DNA of 64,000 bases, taken from contig JACRCP010000399.1 in NCBI GenBank assembly GCA_016218965.1, positions 4,710 to 68,709 on the forward strand, given 5' to 3'. The notes under the pieces were generated by a model. It searched no databases, was not told the DNA's origin, and saw only the letters and a program-made list of their open reading frames with translations. This DNA comes from Deltaproteobacteria bacterium. GTDB taxonomy: Bacteria > Myxococcota > SpSt-1050 > JACRCP01. Of this stretch, positions 16,552 through 25,980 are shown piece by piece. Position 1 is the stretch's first letter; the number at the start of each line of letters is the position of its first letter. The position numbers and the translations under genes were made by a program.

Positions 16552-18558
16552 CTACTTGTAGATGACTTCCACCTGCGTGTCGAGGAACTGGGGGGCGAAC
16601 TGAAAGAGGGAGGAGGAACCCGAGTAGACGACGAACGCCCACTGCCTGCCGAGGTTGATTGAATCGGCGGCCACGTGGATGTCGGTGGGCATGAACGACG
16701 CCTCGGGCGGGAACATCGCGAAGGCGTTGAAACCTATGTGGAACGAGAAGACCATGTCGCGCACCGACGGCTGCGTGCCGCTCTGCACGGTGAGCGCGAG
16801 GTGCGGCTTGTCGGTCTCGAATGCGGGCGGGAAGACGAACTGCGTCCCCGGGGCCGCACGCCCAAGAATCCCGAGCCCCTCGACGAAGACCGTCCACATC
16901 CCCTTGGGCCGCACCTGCCACGACACGGCGCCCGCGACGCATTCGGCCGAGGGCATCGGTCCCTGCACCGTCATGAGCGTTTTTTCGACGCCGGTTATCA
17001 AAAACTCCCCCGCGGCGATCGGCGAGCCGTCATCGCAAGTTGTGCGCGGCGTTCCGTCGGCGCTGGTGAGCACCAGCCAATCGCTCCCCGCCTCGACGCC
17101 CGCGAGCACGAAGTCCCTTCCGGCCTCCGAAAACGTCGCAGAGTCGGTCGCCGTGCCGGAGGCGCCCGAGATGACCACGCCTTCGTACGTCACGAAGCCG
17201 GACGCCTGGTTGACGAACTGGCGCAAAAGCGGCGAGATCGCGACGCCGTAGTTGCGGTCCGAGCGGTCCCAGCCCTCGATGCGGGGGTACGTCGCAAAGA
17301 ACTGCTCGCTCTGCGAGAGCGTCACGCCGCCGACCGAAAGCTCGGGGACCGTGATGGACGGCGCGGTGGATGCGGCCTCGACGAAAAGCCCCTGAAGCGC
17401 TGCGTCCTTCCCAAGAATCTGGACGCCCGACGCGTACGTGTGCCGCGCGCACCCCGATACGTCGAGCGCCGAGACCGAGCCGTTGATCATCGAAAGGAGC
17501 GCGACCGTCCCCGGGCAGCCCCGTGTCGCGTCGGTCGAGAGCGTGCCGCCGAGCGAGGTCGCGGGACTTAGGGCCAGCGCCTGCGGGAAGCCGAACACCG
17601 AGGGTATCATGGTGCCAAGCGGCCTGGACGGCGAGAGGCCGAAGGTCCGCGGCGTCAGCGTCGCGAGGTCAATCACCCAAAGGCCCGGCGCGGACTTCGA
17701 CGAGGCGAGCAGGATGCGGCCCGCCCCCGCCTCGTCCGGGATGGCCTTGACGACCTCGGTCGGGTAGCCGAGGTCGATCTCGGTGATGGCCTTGGTCACG
17801 GTGTCGGCTACTGCCACGGCCTTGCCGGAGCGGTTCGAGAGATAGACGGTGTCGCCGTCGGGGCTCACATCCAGCCGCCCCGGGACGCCCGGAAGGTCCG
17901 CCTCCCAAAGAAACTTGTGAACACCCGGGTTTTCGAGTCCGCCCGGAAGAAATGCGGTCGTGTCGATCACGATGAGCCGGCCCTTGTTGTCCCCGGTGTC
18001 GGCGGCGACGTAGAGCCGCGTCGTCCCGGTCGAGCGGCTGTACGCCGCGGCGAGGTCGGTCATCATCAGCCCGACCTGGATTCGCCGGGGCTTTTCGGTG
18101 ACGGAGTCGGACCGGACGAACTCGCGACCGTTCCAGGCCTCGGCCCCGGCCTCGATGTTTAAGGCCGTGTCGATCACCGATATGTCGCGCGAGGCCGAGT
18201 TGACGACGTAGACCTTCTGCTGGTCGGTCGAGACTACCATCCGCGTCGGCCGCGACCCGACGGGTATGATGAGCGGGAAGTATGGGATCGGGGCCTCCTG
18301 GAACACGCGAAGGGAGACGTCGACGACCTTCACGTTGTCCTTGGCGACGTCGCTCACGTACGCGAACGTGTGGGCGAGCGGGTCGGTCCCCGCGAAAGGC
18401 GCGGCCGCCACGACGCTGTAGGGTTCAATGAGGTTCCCCGCCGTGTACGCCGCCGGGCTCGAGCACGCGGCGCCCGTGAAGAGCGAACAGGCGCAAAAAA
18501 GCGCGACCAGAGTGTCGGGAAACCCCCGCTGAAGGCTTGAGCACGTGTGCGGGCGCAC
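16552..18558 (-). CDS. lipoprotein with YVTN-type beta-propeller repeats
   Basis: A GTG start at complement 18558 gives a lipoprotein signal (hydrophobic LVALFCACSLFTGAAC|SS, lipobox GAAC). Repeated VYVVNSASRDISVID-type blades. The upstream ATG at 18759 would add a non-coding-like Arg-rich extension. Confidence 0.6.
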   Translation of the reverse strand: MRPHTCSSLQRGFPDTLVALFCACSLFTGAACSSPAAYTAGNLIEPYSVVAAAPFAGTDPLAHTFAYVSDVAKDNVKVVDVSLRVFQEAPIPYFPLIIPVGSRPTRMVVSTDQQKVYVVNSASRDISVIDTALNIEAGAEAWNGREFVRSDSVTEKPRRIQVGLMMTDLAAAYSRSTGTTRLYVAADTGDNKGRLIVIDTTAFLPGGLENPGVHKFLWEADLPGVPGRLDVSPDGDTVYLSNRSGKAVAVADTVTKAITEIDLGYPTEVVKAIPDEAGAGRILLASSKSAPGLWVIDLATLTPRTFGLSPSRPLGTMIPSVFGFPQALALSPATSLGGTLSTDATRGCPGTVALLSMINGSVSALDVSGCARHTYASGVQILGKDAALQGLFVEAASTAPSITVPELSVGGVTLSQSEQFFATYPRIEGWDRSDRNYGVAISPLLRQFVNQASGFVTYEGVVISGASGTATDSATFSEAGRDFVLAGVEAGSDWLVLTSADGTPRTTCDDGSPIAAGEFLITGVEKTLMTVQGPMPSAECVAGAVSWQVRPKGMWTVFVEGLGILGRAAPGTQFVFPPAFETDKPHLALTVQSGTQPSVRDMVFSFHIGFNAFAMFPPEASFMPTDIHVAADSINLGRQWAFVVYSGSSSLFQFAPQFLDTQVEVIYK

Positions 18559-18765
18559 CGCCCCGGCACGCCCTTCCACCCTGTCTCGCGCAGGCTCCGC
18601 CGGCCGTCCCGTCGTTTCTGGCGCTTGACGTTGGCGAGACAGGGCTCCAGGACGCGTCCAGCCTTCGCAGCCGAAGCCGCTGCTTCGTCGGAGTAGGCCC
18701 GGGGCGGTGCTGCGTGCGTCCCTTGCCTTGCGCCATGCGCCTTGTGCCGTGTGCCTCATGCCTCC

Positions 18766-20091
18766 TCAGTACTCCCCCTTCGCCTTGATTCGCGGCGTGC
18801 CGATCACGGCGACCGTCCGGTGCGAAAGCGAAGCCGGATCAATCGAAAGGACCGCGACGGTGGAGTTCTCGAAGTTTGCTACCAGCGCCCGCTGACCGGC
18901 GCCAACGTCGTAAAACGCCATCCAGTACGGGCCGTCAAAACCGTCGCGCAGGAGCGCGATCTCACTGAGAGTCGCACCGTCGAAGACGTGCACGTAGTCC
19001 TCGTCGGTGCACGCGACATAAAGGAGGCGGCGCGCGGGCACGTCGTGCTCCCACATGAACAGCCTCTCGGGCCATATCCCGGCGGGGACATAGTCCATCG
19101 CCTCAAGATACGGTGTCCCCGCGGAATCCGTTCCGATCGACATCCTGATGAGCGCGTCGGGTCCCCTGGTGAGCAGGTACAACGTGCCGCCGTCGGGGGT
19201 GAGCACGAGCGATTTCTGCTCGCTGCCCCCGGCCACGTAGCCGATGTCAAACATCCAACCGGCGGTCCCGTTTGCGGCAAGCGCCACCGGGTCGCCCGCG
19301 CCCAGCAGATTGGCGCCCTCCAGGAGGAACCGGTTCGCGACGTACATTCGCCCCGAGGCGGCGACGGCAATGTCGCTTAGGCCCGCGGGGGACTGGCCGA
19401 GCGAAAAATCCGCCTCGAACACCGGGCCCGCCGCGGCCGGGTCGGGCGTCTCGGCCTCAACGCACGAGACTATGCCGAACTTCAGGTGGGCGACGTAGAC
19501 ACATCCGGCGGTCGCGTCGACCGGGTTGGGACCGTACGCAAGAGTGAACGGGTCGTCCGAGCCCGTCGTGATGATGTGCCCCTTGTGGCAGTCGCCGGTG
19601 AACGCCGATGCCTGATCGGCCAAGGTGTCGACGGTGGCCCCCCGGCAATCGAGACGCGCGCCGCCCTCGAGCACGTCAAGCCACGCGACGGCGCCGTCCT
19701 GCCGCATCGACACGAAAAGCCGCGACGCGGCGGGGTTGAGTACCGCGGTCCCGCCGAAGCTGCCTGTCCGCACGGTGGCATCCTCGACGATGGCGCCGGC
19801 GAAACGCGTGGCGGCGCAGGTGGCCGTTCCGCAACCCGTGCCCGACGCGTCGGCCATGATCTCGCGCTCGAGCTCTTCGAGGTCCAGGACCTTCACCGTG
19901 CCGTTTTTGTAGCCCAAGTCGAAGTTGCTCGAGACCACGTAGGCGTAGCGTTGCGACGGGTGAACGACGATCGAGGTGGGAAAGTAGAAAGTCCCCGGGG
20001 GCTGTTCGTCCTTCTCGGTGGGCGAACAGCCGGGCAAAAACGCCGCCGCGGCGGCAAGGAGCAAAAACATGATGTGGCGGTGCCCAGACAT
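18766..20091 (-). CDS. lipoprotein with beta-propeller repeats (paralog of upstream gene)
   Basis: Lipobox-containing signal peptide FLPGC|S. Blades include YAYVVSSNFD..GTVKVLDL, RMYVANR, RLLYVACTDEDYVHVFD. Confidence 0.6.
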   Translation of the reverse strand: MSGHRHIMFLLLAAAAAFLPGCSPTEKDEQPPGTFYFPTSIVVHPSQRYAYVVSSNFDLGYKNGTVKVLDLEELEREIMADASGTGCGTATCAATRFAGAIVEDATVRTGSFGGTAVLNPAASRLFVSMRQDGAVAWLDVLEGGARLDCRGATVDTLADQASAFTGDCHKGHIITTGSDDPFTLAYGPNPVDATAGCVYVAHLKFGIVSCVEAETPDPAAAGPVFEADFSLGQSPAGLSDIAVAASGRMYVANRFLLEGANLLGAGDPVALAANGTAGWMFDIGYVAGGSEQKSLVLTPDGGTLYLLTRGPDALIRMSIGTDSAGTPYLEAMDYVPAGIWPERLFMWEHDVPARRLLYVACTDEDYVHVFDGATLSEIALLRDGFDGPYWMAFYDVGAGQRALVANFENSTVAVLSIDPASLSHRTVAVIGTPRIKAKGEY

Positions 20092-20376
20092 CAGCGGCGC
20101 TATGTATCACGCCCCGGACGGTGAACGCAAATCCGTTGTCCCGCCGCCTTCCGCCTCGCCTTCGTCAAGAAACGATGAGAAGATCAGTCATCGATAGGAG
20201 CGCCTGCACATGTTCGTTCGTGCTGCACCAAAAACGACGCCACGATCCGGTTCTGAACACACCAAGCCCCATTCCTTTCCATAGATCGGCGTACGGGTTG
20301 TTCTCTTGATTTTTTTTTGGCGCCCCCAACGATCCCTGCAACGACACAACTTGCGAACACATAACGTATCTGTTAT

Positions 20377-20736
20377 ATGCCATCTGGGAGCTGGACGGTC
20401 CTCCGATATCAGGCTGCAGACGGACGGGTCCCGTTTGACGAATTCGTTTCGACGCTGGCGCCCCAAGAGAAGGCTCGAGCGGTCCGGACTGTCGAACTTC
20501 TGGAGACCTTCGGAGTGTCACTTCGCGAACCGTACGCGAAGCACCTGGCCGGCACCGAACTCTGGGAACTCAGGGTCGAATGCGCCCGAAACTCGTTCCG
20601 ACTTCTGTACTTCGCGTGGGTCAATCGCGCTTTTGTCCTTTTGAACGGGTTTCGGAAGAAAAGCCGCAGGACGCCTCCGGAGGAGATCGAACGGGCACAA
20701 AAGTACTTGAAAGATTTCAAGGAGCGGTCGCAATGA
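20377..20736 (+). CDS. type II toxin-antitoxin system RelE/ParE-family (HigB/Gp49-like) toxin
   Basis: Length 119 aa. ELWELRVECARNSFRLLYFAWVNRAFVLLNGFRKKSRRTP matches the Gp49/HigB-like signature. ATGA overlap with the downstream HTH gene. Local GC ~50%. Confidence 0.8.
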   Translation: MPSGSWTVLRYQAADGRVPFDEFVSTLAPQEKARAVRTVELLETFGVSLREPYAKHLAGTELWELRVECARNSFRLLYFAWVNRAFVLLNGFRKKSRRTPPEEIERAQKYLKDFKERSQ

Positions 20737-21080
20737 AACATGCAAGCAGAAAGAACAAGGCCCCCCGGAGGGCCGACTACAGCCGGCTCGCGGCAATACC
20801 GTTTGCCGAGATCAAGGCTCAGATCCTCAAGGATCCAGGTGCTCGCCTCGAGTACGACGCGCTGGAGCCCGAATTCGAGGTCATTTCTTCGCTCATCCGC
20901 ATGCGCATCCAACGCGGCATGTCGCAAAAGGAACTTGCCGATGCGATAGGAACGAAACAACCCGCGATCGCGCGAATCGAGGGAGGCTATCTCAAAGGGA
21001 TTTCTTTGAGCACCCTCGTCAGAATAGCCGGGGCGCTTCAGGCCAAACTGGTTCTGGTCCCTGCAGAGGGCCGCATGTAG
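20733..21080 (+). CDS. HTH XRE-family antitoxin (HigA-like)
   Basis: Helix-turn-helix motif MSQKELADAIGTKQPAIARIEGG. Start overlaps the toxin stop by 4 nt. Confidence 0.8.
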   Translation: MKHASRKNKAPRRADYSRLAAIPFAEIKAQILKDPGARLEYDALEPEFEVISSLIRMRIQRGMSQKELADAIGTKQPAIARIEGGYLKGISLSTLVRIAGALQAKLVLVPAEGRM

Positions 21081-21169
21081 GAGCGCGGCGGCCGAAAGTC
21101 CGCCGCAAGCACGCCTGCGCCTCCCGTTTCCAGCGCGTTCCGTCCCAATCGTGTCACCACTGGACGGGC

Positions 21170-24100
21170 TCAGCGCGAGGTGGACGCGGGGGTGACGCCC
21201 CCGACGGTTTCCATCTTGAAAAGGATCTCCCGCATGGTCTTGACCGCTTCGTCATTTGGGGCGATCCCCGTCGCGTCGTACGCTCCTGTGATGATGGCGA
21301 GTTCATAGGCGCCTTGTCCGAATCGGATGCCGCGACTGTTGCTCAGTACATGGTCAAGCGCCGCCCGAAGGCCTTTTGCCGCATCCTCCCTGGCACCCAA
21401 CCGAGCGAGCGTCACCACCGCGTTCATCAGCGGATGAATCGATTCCATCTCGGTGTCAGCCATTGCCACGGCAAGCGACGAGCGGGCGAGCTCGGCTGCT
21501 TTCTCCGCGCGTCCGCGCCCAGCATGCCAACGGGCGGCTTCGGTCAATACTTCGGCCAGTTCGCGACGCACCTGGTCGTTGGCAGGGTTCGTTCGGAGGA
21601 TCCTGGCGTACACCTCCTCCACCCGTTCAAAATCCCCTACCCTGTCGAAAGCTTTTGCGAGTTTGACGACCTGATAGCCCGACCAACTGCCGCCGTTTTT
21701 GAAGACGACATCGAGCACCCGTTTGAAATAGTTTTCCACCGTCGCAGTCTCTCCCAAGAGCCGATAGCCGACAGCCAGGGGGATCAGATACTCCGGACGG
21801 CGGGTCTCCTTCGCGGCTGGATCCAGAACGTCCCGCGCTCGGTCAAGGCACGCGCGAGCCCTTGCATGTTCGCCCGCGGCGGCAAGCTCCACGCCGGCCT
21901 CGGCATCCATTGAGGAGATGAACGCGTGCGCCGATTCGATTTCGTCTTGCGCTCCGCACCCGGGGTCTTTCTCGGCCTTCAGTTTCCCGATGATCTCGTA
22001 GGCCCTTTCCGTCAACTTGGCGACCGTCTCGAAGTCACCCAGTCGGGCAAAGCGCCGGAGGAGATACGCAAATCCTTCAGCCTGTTTCCTCGGTACGAAA
22101 TTTTGCCATCTGTCAGTATCTCTCGCGAGCGACGGCAGGAGATCGGTCGCGGCGAGGCCCCATCGCAGAAGATCTCTCGCCTCGTTCTTCAAGCCGTTGT
22201 CCAACAAAAGGTCGCTCAGAAATGATGCTATCTCGGCTTCTGCCCCAAAAACCGCGGTTGGGTCCAGATTCAGCACCACCCCCTGGGCTTTGCGCAGAGC
22301 CTCGATCGCCTTCTCCCGTCTGTCCATTTGGAGATAGTACAAAACCGGCTCCAGGAGGATGGTCACAGTGTCGAAGACATTTTCGCCTTCGGTGTCTGCC
22401 ATGATCCTCGCGCGAAGCGTGCGAAGAACATCGTCATGGGAGCGCGCGCCGGATCGTTCGGACGTATCGACCTCTGACTCAGCCGCGCGCCGCCCGTCGC
22501 GGGATTGTATCCAAGCTATTGCGTCCTTGACCTGCGCCGTGAGCAGACCGATCTTCCTGCGAGTCCTCGCCTCAAGAACGGCTTTCGAATCCCGCAAAGG
22601 TATAGCCCGCCGTTCGCGCAGTATTACAGGGTCGTAGAAGACCACTGCGTTCACCTTCCCCCGGGTCGCGAGAATCGCTCTGGCGTTTCCAGCAAGCGCC
22701 CCGAGGTCGTAGTCCTGGTCGTGTGACCCGCACGTGATTCCCCCAAACGACGCCGTGTCTTCCAGCGACACGTACTCGAAACCCAAGTTGTTTTCGGTTG
22801 AGTAACCATCGAGCACGAAGTCCGGCGACACTCCGGGATCGGGGCTAATTAGCTTGGCGGCATTGAGATCGAAGTCCGTCCGGTCGAACGTGATCCCTGC
22901 TTTCGCCATCTCCGCGATGATGGTCTCTCGGGCGATCTCTTCGGAGAGAAAGGTGGCGTCTCCATAGGCGAAATCACCGGTAGAACCGGCCCCTCTGCCG
23001 TGCCGGAACAGCGGCGCTACCCGTGTGGCGGAGGGCTTGTCTGCGACCGGTTCCGGACGAGTGATCCAATGGGTGCGGTGATGATCGCATCCGGTTCTGA
23101 CCTGATCGCAAGGACCTCGTGTGGCACTCACACAGACAGACGACATGAACGTCTCTCGTGCGCCTTCATCGAACAGCAAGCCATTCCTGGAAAACGCCTC
23201 GGCGATTTCAATCAGGTCGTTGGGCCTGTGCCAGTCCGCGTGCGTGTTGTTTTCGACATCGAGGACCGTCCGCAGAATCCGGGCAGCCTTCTCCTCATCT
23301 CCCAACCCGTTTAGAATCTCCGCGGCGCGGATCGCGGCACCGGGGCCATGCCCGTAGTGGTGAACGCTTGCAACAGCGACATCGACCGCCCGAGCGAGGA
23401 GCTTCTCCGTTTCCGGCGTACTGCCCCTTTTCAGATGCCAGCGGGCGGCATGAAGCATCTGAAGGGCTTTGAAGAAAAGCACCTCTCCAGAAGACTCCCG
23501 CGCCTCGACAAGGATGGATTCGATGATCTGATCCGCCTCCGCCTTGCGGCCGGCCTCTTCGAGCGCGTAGGCGATGTCCACCAACTGGTCGATTTTCTCC
23601 GCCTTGCCATGGATGGAAACCTCAAAGGCCTTGCGGGCGGAGGCCAGCCGCTTGATTGCCGTTTCGCGTTCGCCGAAAAGCAGATGCGTCTTCGCCAAGT
23701 CGAGCAGAGCCTCACCCGGACCCGGGTTGGTTTCGTCGAGGACCGCCTCCGCCTTTTTTGCGTACTCTGCGGCCCTTTTCAGATTCCCTTTCCGGGCGTA
23801 TTGGAGACCGAGTGCGGCATGCACGCCAAGGGTACAAACACCGGGTGAAAGCCCCGCCTGCTCCTTCGCGCACGGGCCTTCCCTTTGGATCTTCTTTAGC
23901 AACTCCTCCGCGAATTCGAAATCCCCAGCCTCGGCGAACTTCGGGGCAAGCCACTTGTACAACGAGAGACGGTTCTCCTTCTTTTCATCCGGTTTGCTTT
24001 CCCAGAATCGCTCTGTCTTAAATATCGCCCTGGCATCCTTGATGTCGCCGAGCCGCAGATAGATCTCGGCGGCCTGCAGGTAGTACGCCGGCTTGTAGTA

Positions 24101-24424
24101 GACGTCCTGATCGGCCCCCTCGGTCTTGAGCAGGATCAGCGCACGCGCGACATACTGCCTCGCCCGTGCCTTGTCGCCTGCGCTCAGCCACGCCTTCGCC
24201 AGTCTCAGGAAGACAGGCGAACGTCCAAACCCGCCTTTTGTCTTTTCCAAAAGAGAAGAGACCGCTTCGAGGGCGGCGCTGGTGTTTGGCACTTTCCTGC
24301 CGCTCCCTGTAGTTTCGGTCGACGGTGCATCGGCCTTCGGAGTCGACCCTTCGAGCGCGAGGGCGGGGGCGAGCATCACGGCGCATAGGGCGGAAAAAAA
24401 CGCGGACGTCGTGAGTATACGCAT
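21170..24424 (-). CDS. secreted tetratricopeptide (TPR) repeat protein, 1084 aa
   Basis: Signal peptide MRILTTSAFFSALCAVMLAPALALEG at ATG complement 24424. Many A/L-rich TPR-like helical pairs. The central ~200 aa lack TPR character. Confidence 0.65.
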   Translation of the reverse strand: MRILTTSAFFSALCAVMLAPALALEGSTPKADAPSTETTGSGRKVPNTSAALEAVSSLLEKTKGGFGRSPVFLRLAKAWLSAGDKARARQYVARALILLKTEGADQDVYYKPAYYLQAAEIYLRLGDIKDARAIFKTERFWESKPDEKKENRLSLYKWLAPKFAEAGDFEFAEELLKKIQREGPCAKEQAGLSPGVCTLGVHAALGLQYARKGNLKRAAEYAKKAEAVLDETNPGPGEALLDLAKTHLLFGERETAIKRLASARKAFEVSIHGKAEKIDQLVDIAYALEEAGRKAEADQIIESILVEARESSGEVLFFKALQMLHAARWHLKRGSTPETEKLLARAVDVAVASVHHYGHGPGAAIRAAEILNGLGDEEKAARILRTVLDVENNTHADWHRPNDLIEIAEAFSRNGLLFDEGARETFMSSVCVSATRGPCDQVRTGCDHHRTHWITRPEPVADKPSATRVAPLFRHGRGAGSTGDFAYGDATFLSEEIARETIIAEMAKAGITFDRTDFDLNAAKLISPDPGVSPDFVLDGYSTENNLGFEYVSLEDTASFGGITCGSHDQDYDLGALAGNARAILATRGKVNAVVFYDPVILRERRAIPLRDSKAVLEARTRRKIGLLTAQVKDAIAWIQSRDGRRAAESEVDTSERSGARSHDDVLRTLRARIMADTEGENVFDTVTILLEPVLYYLQMDRREKAIEALRKAQGVVLNLDPTAVFGAEAEIASFLSDLLLDNGLKNEARDLLRWGLAATDLLPSLARDTDRWQNFVPRKQAEGFAYLLRRFARLGDFETVAKLTERAYEIIGKLKAEKDPGCGAQDEIESAHAFISSMDAEAGVELAAAGEHARARACLDRARDVLDPAAKETRRPEYLIPLAVGYRLLGETATVENYFKRVLDVVFKNGGSWSGYQVVKLAKAFDRVGDFERVEEVYARILRTNPANDQVRRELAEVLTEAARWHAGRGRAEKAAELARSSLAVAMADTEMESIHPLMNAVVTLARLGAREDAAKGLRAALDHVLSNSRGIRFGQGAYELAIITGAYDATGIAPNDEAVKTMREILFKMETVGGVTPASTSR

Positions 24425-24789
24425 GGTTCCACTCCCAACGAAATGACGTGCGACCATTCTACCTGAAAACGGACGGGTGTGGTATGTGACCGAGGTCGCG
24501 CGCACGACAGGCGTCCCCGCGTGCGAGTAGGACAAACAAGGCACCTCTTTCTGCCCCGAACGGGGGATTCGGAGGCAACGGAGTGGCAAACGGTGATCCG
24601 GGGGATCGCTGCGCGGGCACGAAGCCGGCCGCGCCCGCCACTTCCCCTGCGCTTTCGCTTTTTTCCCGGGCGGACACAGTCCGGTGCCAGGGACGGGTCC
24701 GAAGCAACCAAGTCTCGACGGCTTGATATCGCGCGGGAATCTGGCGGACGCCGGTCGATGGTGGCTGGCGGTTTCGGACAGGGGGCTTT

Positions 24790-25065
24790 CTATTCAATGC
24801 GTTGGCGGGCGGATTCGAGCTTGGCAAGGAGCCGCGCGGTGGAGAACGTTTCGACGCCCAGACCCTCGAAGTCACGGTCGTTCGTCCAGAGGGGAAGCCC
24901 CAGAGCGGAGGCGAGAGCGAGGGGGTGTGCGTCGCCGGGGTCGCGGTGTTTGATGAGTTGGCGGGCTCTCGGCAGACGGCGGGCATACCCGGCTTCCGGA
25001 TACCTGATGATGGGAAGCAGTTTCCACTGCCGGCGTTCAGTGGGTGCGCCGCGTCGTGCGGTCAC
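24790..25065 (-). pseudogene. remnant of PIN-domain (VapC-like) toxin: C-terminal fragment only
   Basis: HPLALASALGLPLWTNDRDFEGLGVETF resembles the C-terminal PIN strand/helix (xAAxAxxxgxxLvTxDxDF). No N-terminal Asp-bearing strands are present. Confidence 0.3.
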
Positions 25066-25892
25066 TCGTCTTCCTTGCCGCCGACGACCGCGCGGAGCGA
25101 GGCCTTGCCGCCTTTGATGGACACCTTGAAGTCTATCGAGCCGGTCTTGTACTTTTCGCGCAGGCCCGGGATCTGCTTGTCGATCTGGCGCGCGAACCCC
25201 TCGAACGATACGTTGACGTTCCGGTCGCCCAGCGTCCGGCGGGCCGTGACGTACGCGTCGTATAGCTCTTTCACGCGTTCCTTTGGGATGCCGGCGGCCG
25301 CGGCGGGGGGTTTGGCCGTGGGCGCCGCAGGGGCGCTCCGGGGGGCGGACGGGCGGGGAGGGGCCGGGCTTGGCGGCGGCGCCGCAGGTCTCTCGGCAGG
25401 CGCCCGGGCCTTCTCCGGCGGCGTTCCTCGCGCGTGCCCGTCCCCCGCCGGCGCGGCGGCCGGGTCGCGGGCGCGCGACGACAGGGCGTCCTCGGCGGCC
25501 TTTCCGATCTCGTCGTCGAGCGCGCCGTCGAGGTATTCGCCCATCGAAACGTAGCCTTCGCCCTTGCGTTCGGCCTCGCGCGCTATGGCCATGTCGCGCT
25601 GGACGAGCTTGCGCTTGTCTATCTCGCGCTGGAACGTGCCTTCCTCCATCTGGCGGAGCACCCGGTCCCAGTACGTCTGGTACGTGGTGAGCTTGGTTGC
25701 GACCGAGCGCAGTCGGTAGATCATCGCCGAGTTCGTGATGAACGCCGTGTGAAGCTGGCGGGCCATGCGCTCTACAGCGGCGCGGTCGGTGCTGGGTTCC
25801 TTCCGCTCCATCCCCGAGAAGAAAAGCTCGTACTCCTTCTTGAGCGAATCGATCATGTGATCGAAACGATCTATGTCCTCGGCGGCGCCCAT
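25062..25892 (-). CDS. conserved hypothetical protein with central Pro/Ala-rich linker
   Basis: Coding-like GC3 begins at MGAAEDIDRFDHMIDSLKK (ATG complement 25892). The upstream in-frame ATGs at 25982 and 26039 sit in low-GC3, non-coding-like sequence. Confidence 0.5.
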   Translation of the reverse strand: MGAAEDIDRFDHMIDSLKKEYELFFSGMERKEPSTDRAAVERMARQLHTAFITNSAMIYRLRSVATKLTTYQTYWDRVLRQMEEGTFQREIDKRKLVQRDMAIAREAERKGEGYVSMGEYLDGALDDEIGKAAEDALSSRARDPAAAPAGDGHARGTPPEKARAPAERPAAPPPSPAPPRPSAPRSAPAAPTAKPPAAAAGIPKERVKELYDAYVTARRTLGDRNVNVSFEGFARQIDKQIPGLREKYKTGSIDFKVSIKGGKASLRAVVGGKEDE

Positions 25893-25980
25893 CGGCCCCG
25901 ATACTACACCATCGGCGTTTTTCCGGCCACTTATTGCCGACTTCCCGCGCGTTGTGTTATAGGTCCGGCGGAGATCTTCC

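Noticed and set aside
16655-17571. 198- and 298-aa plus-strand ORFs
   Set aside because: Antisense to the beta-propeller lipoprotein. Arg-rich.
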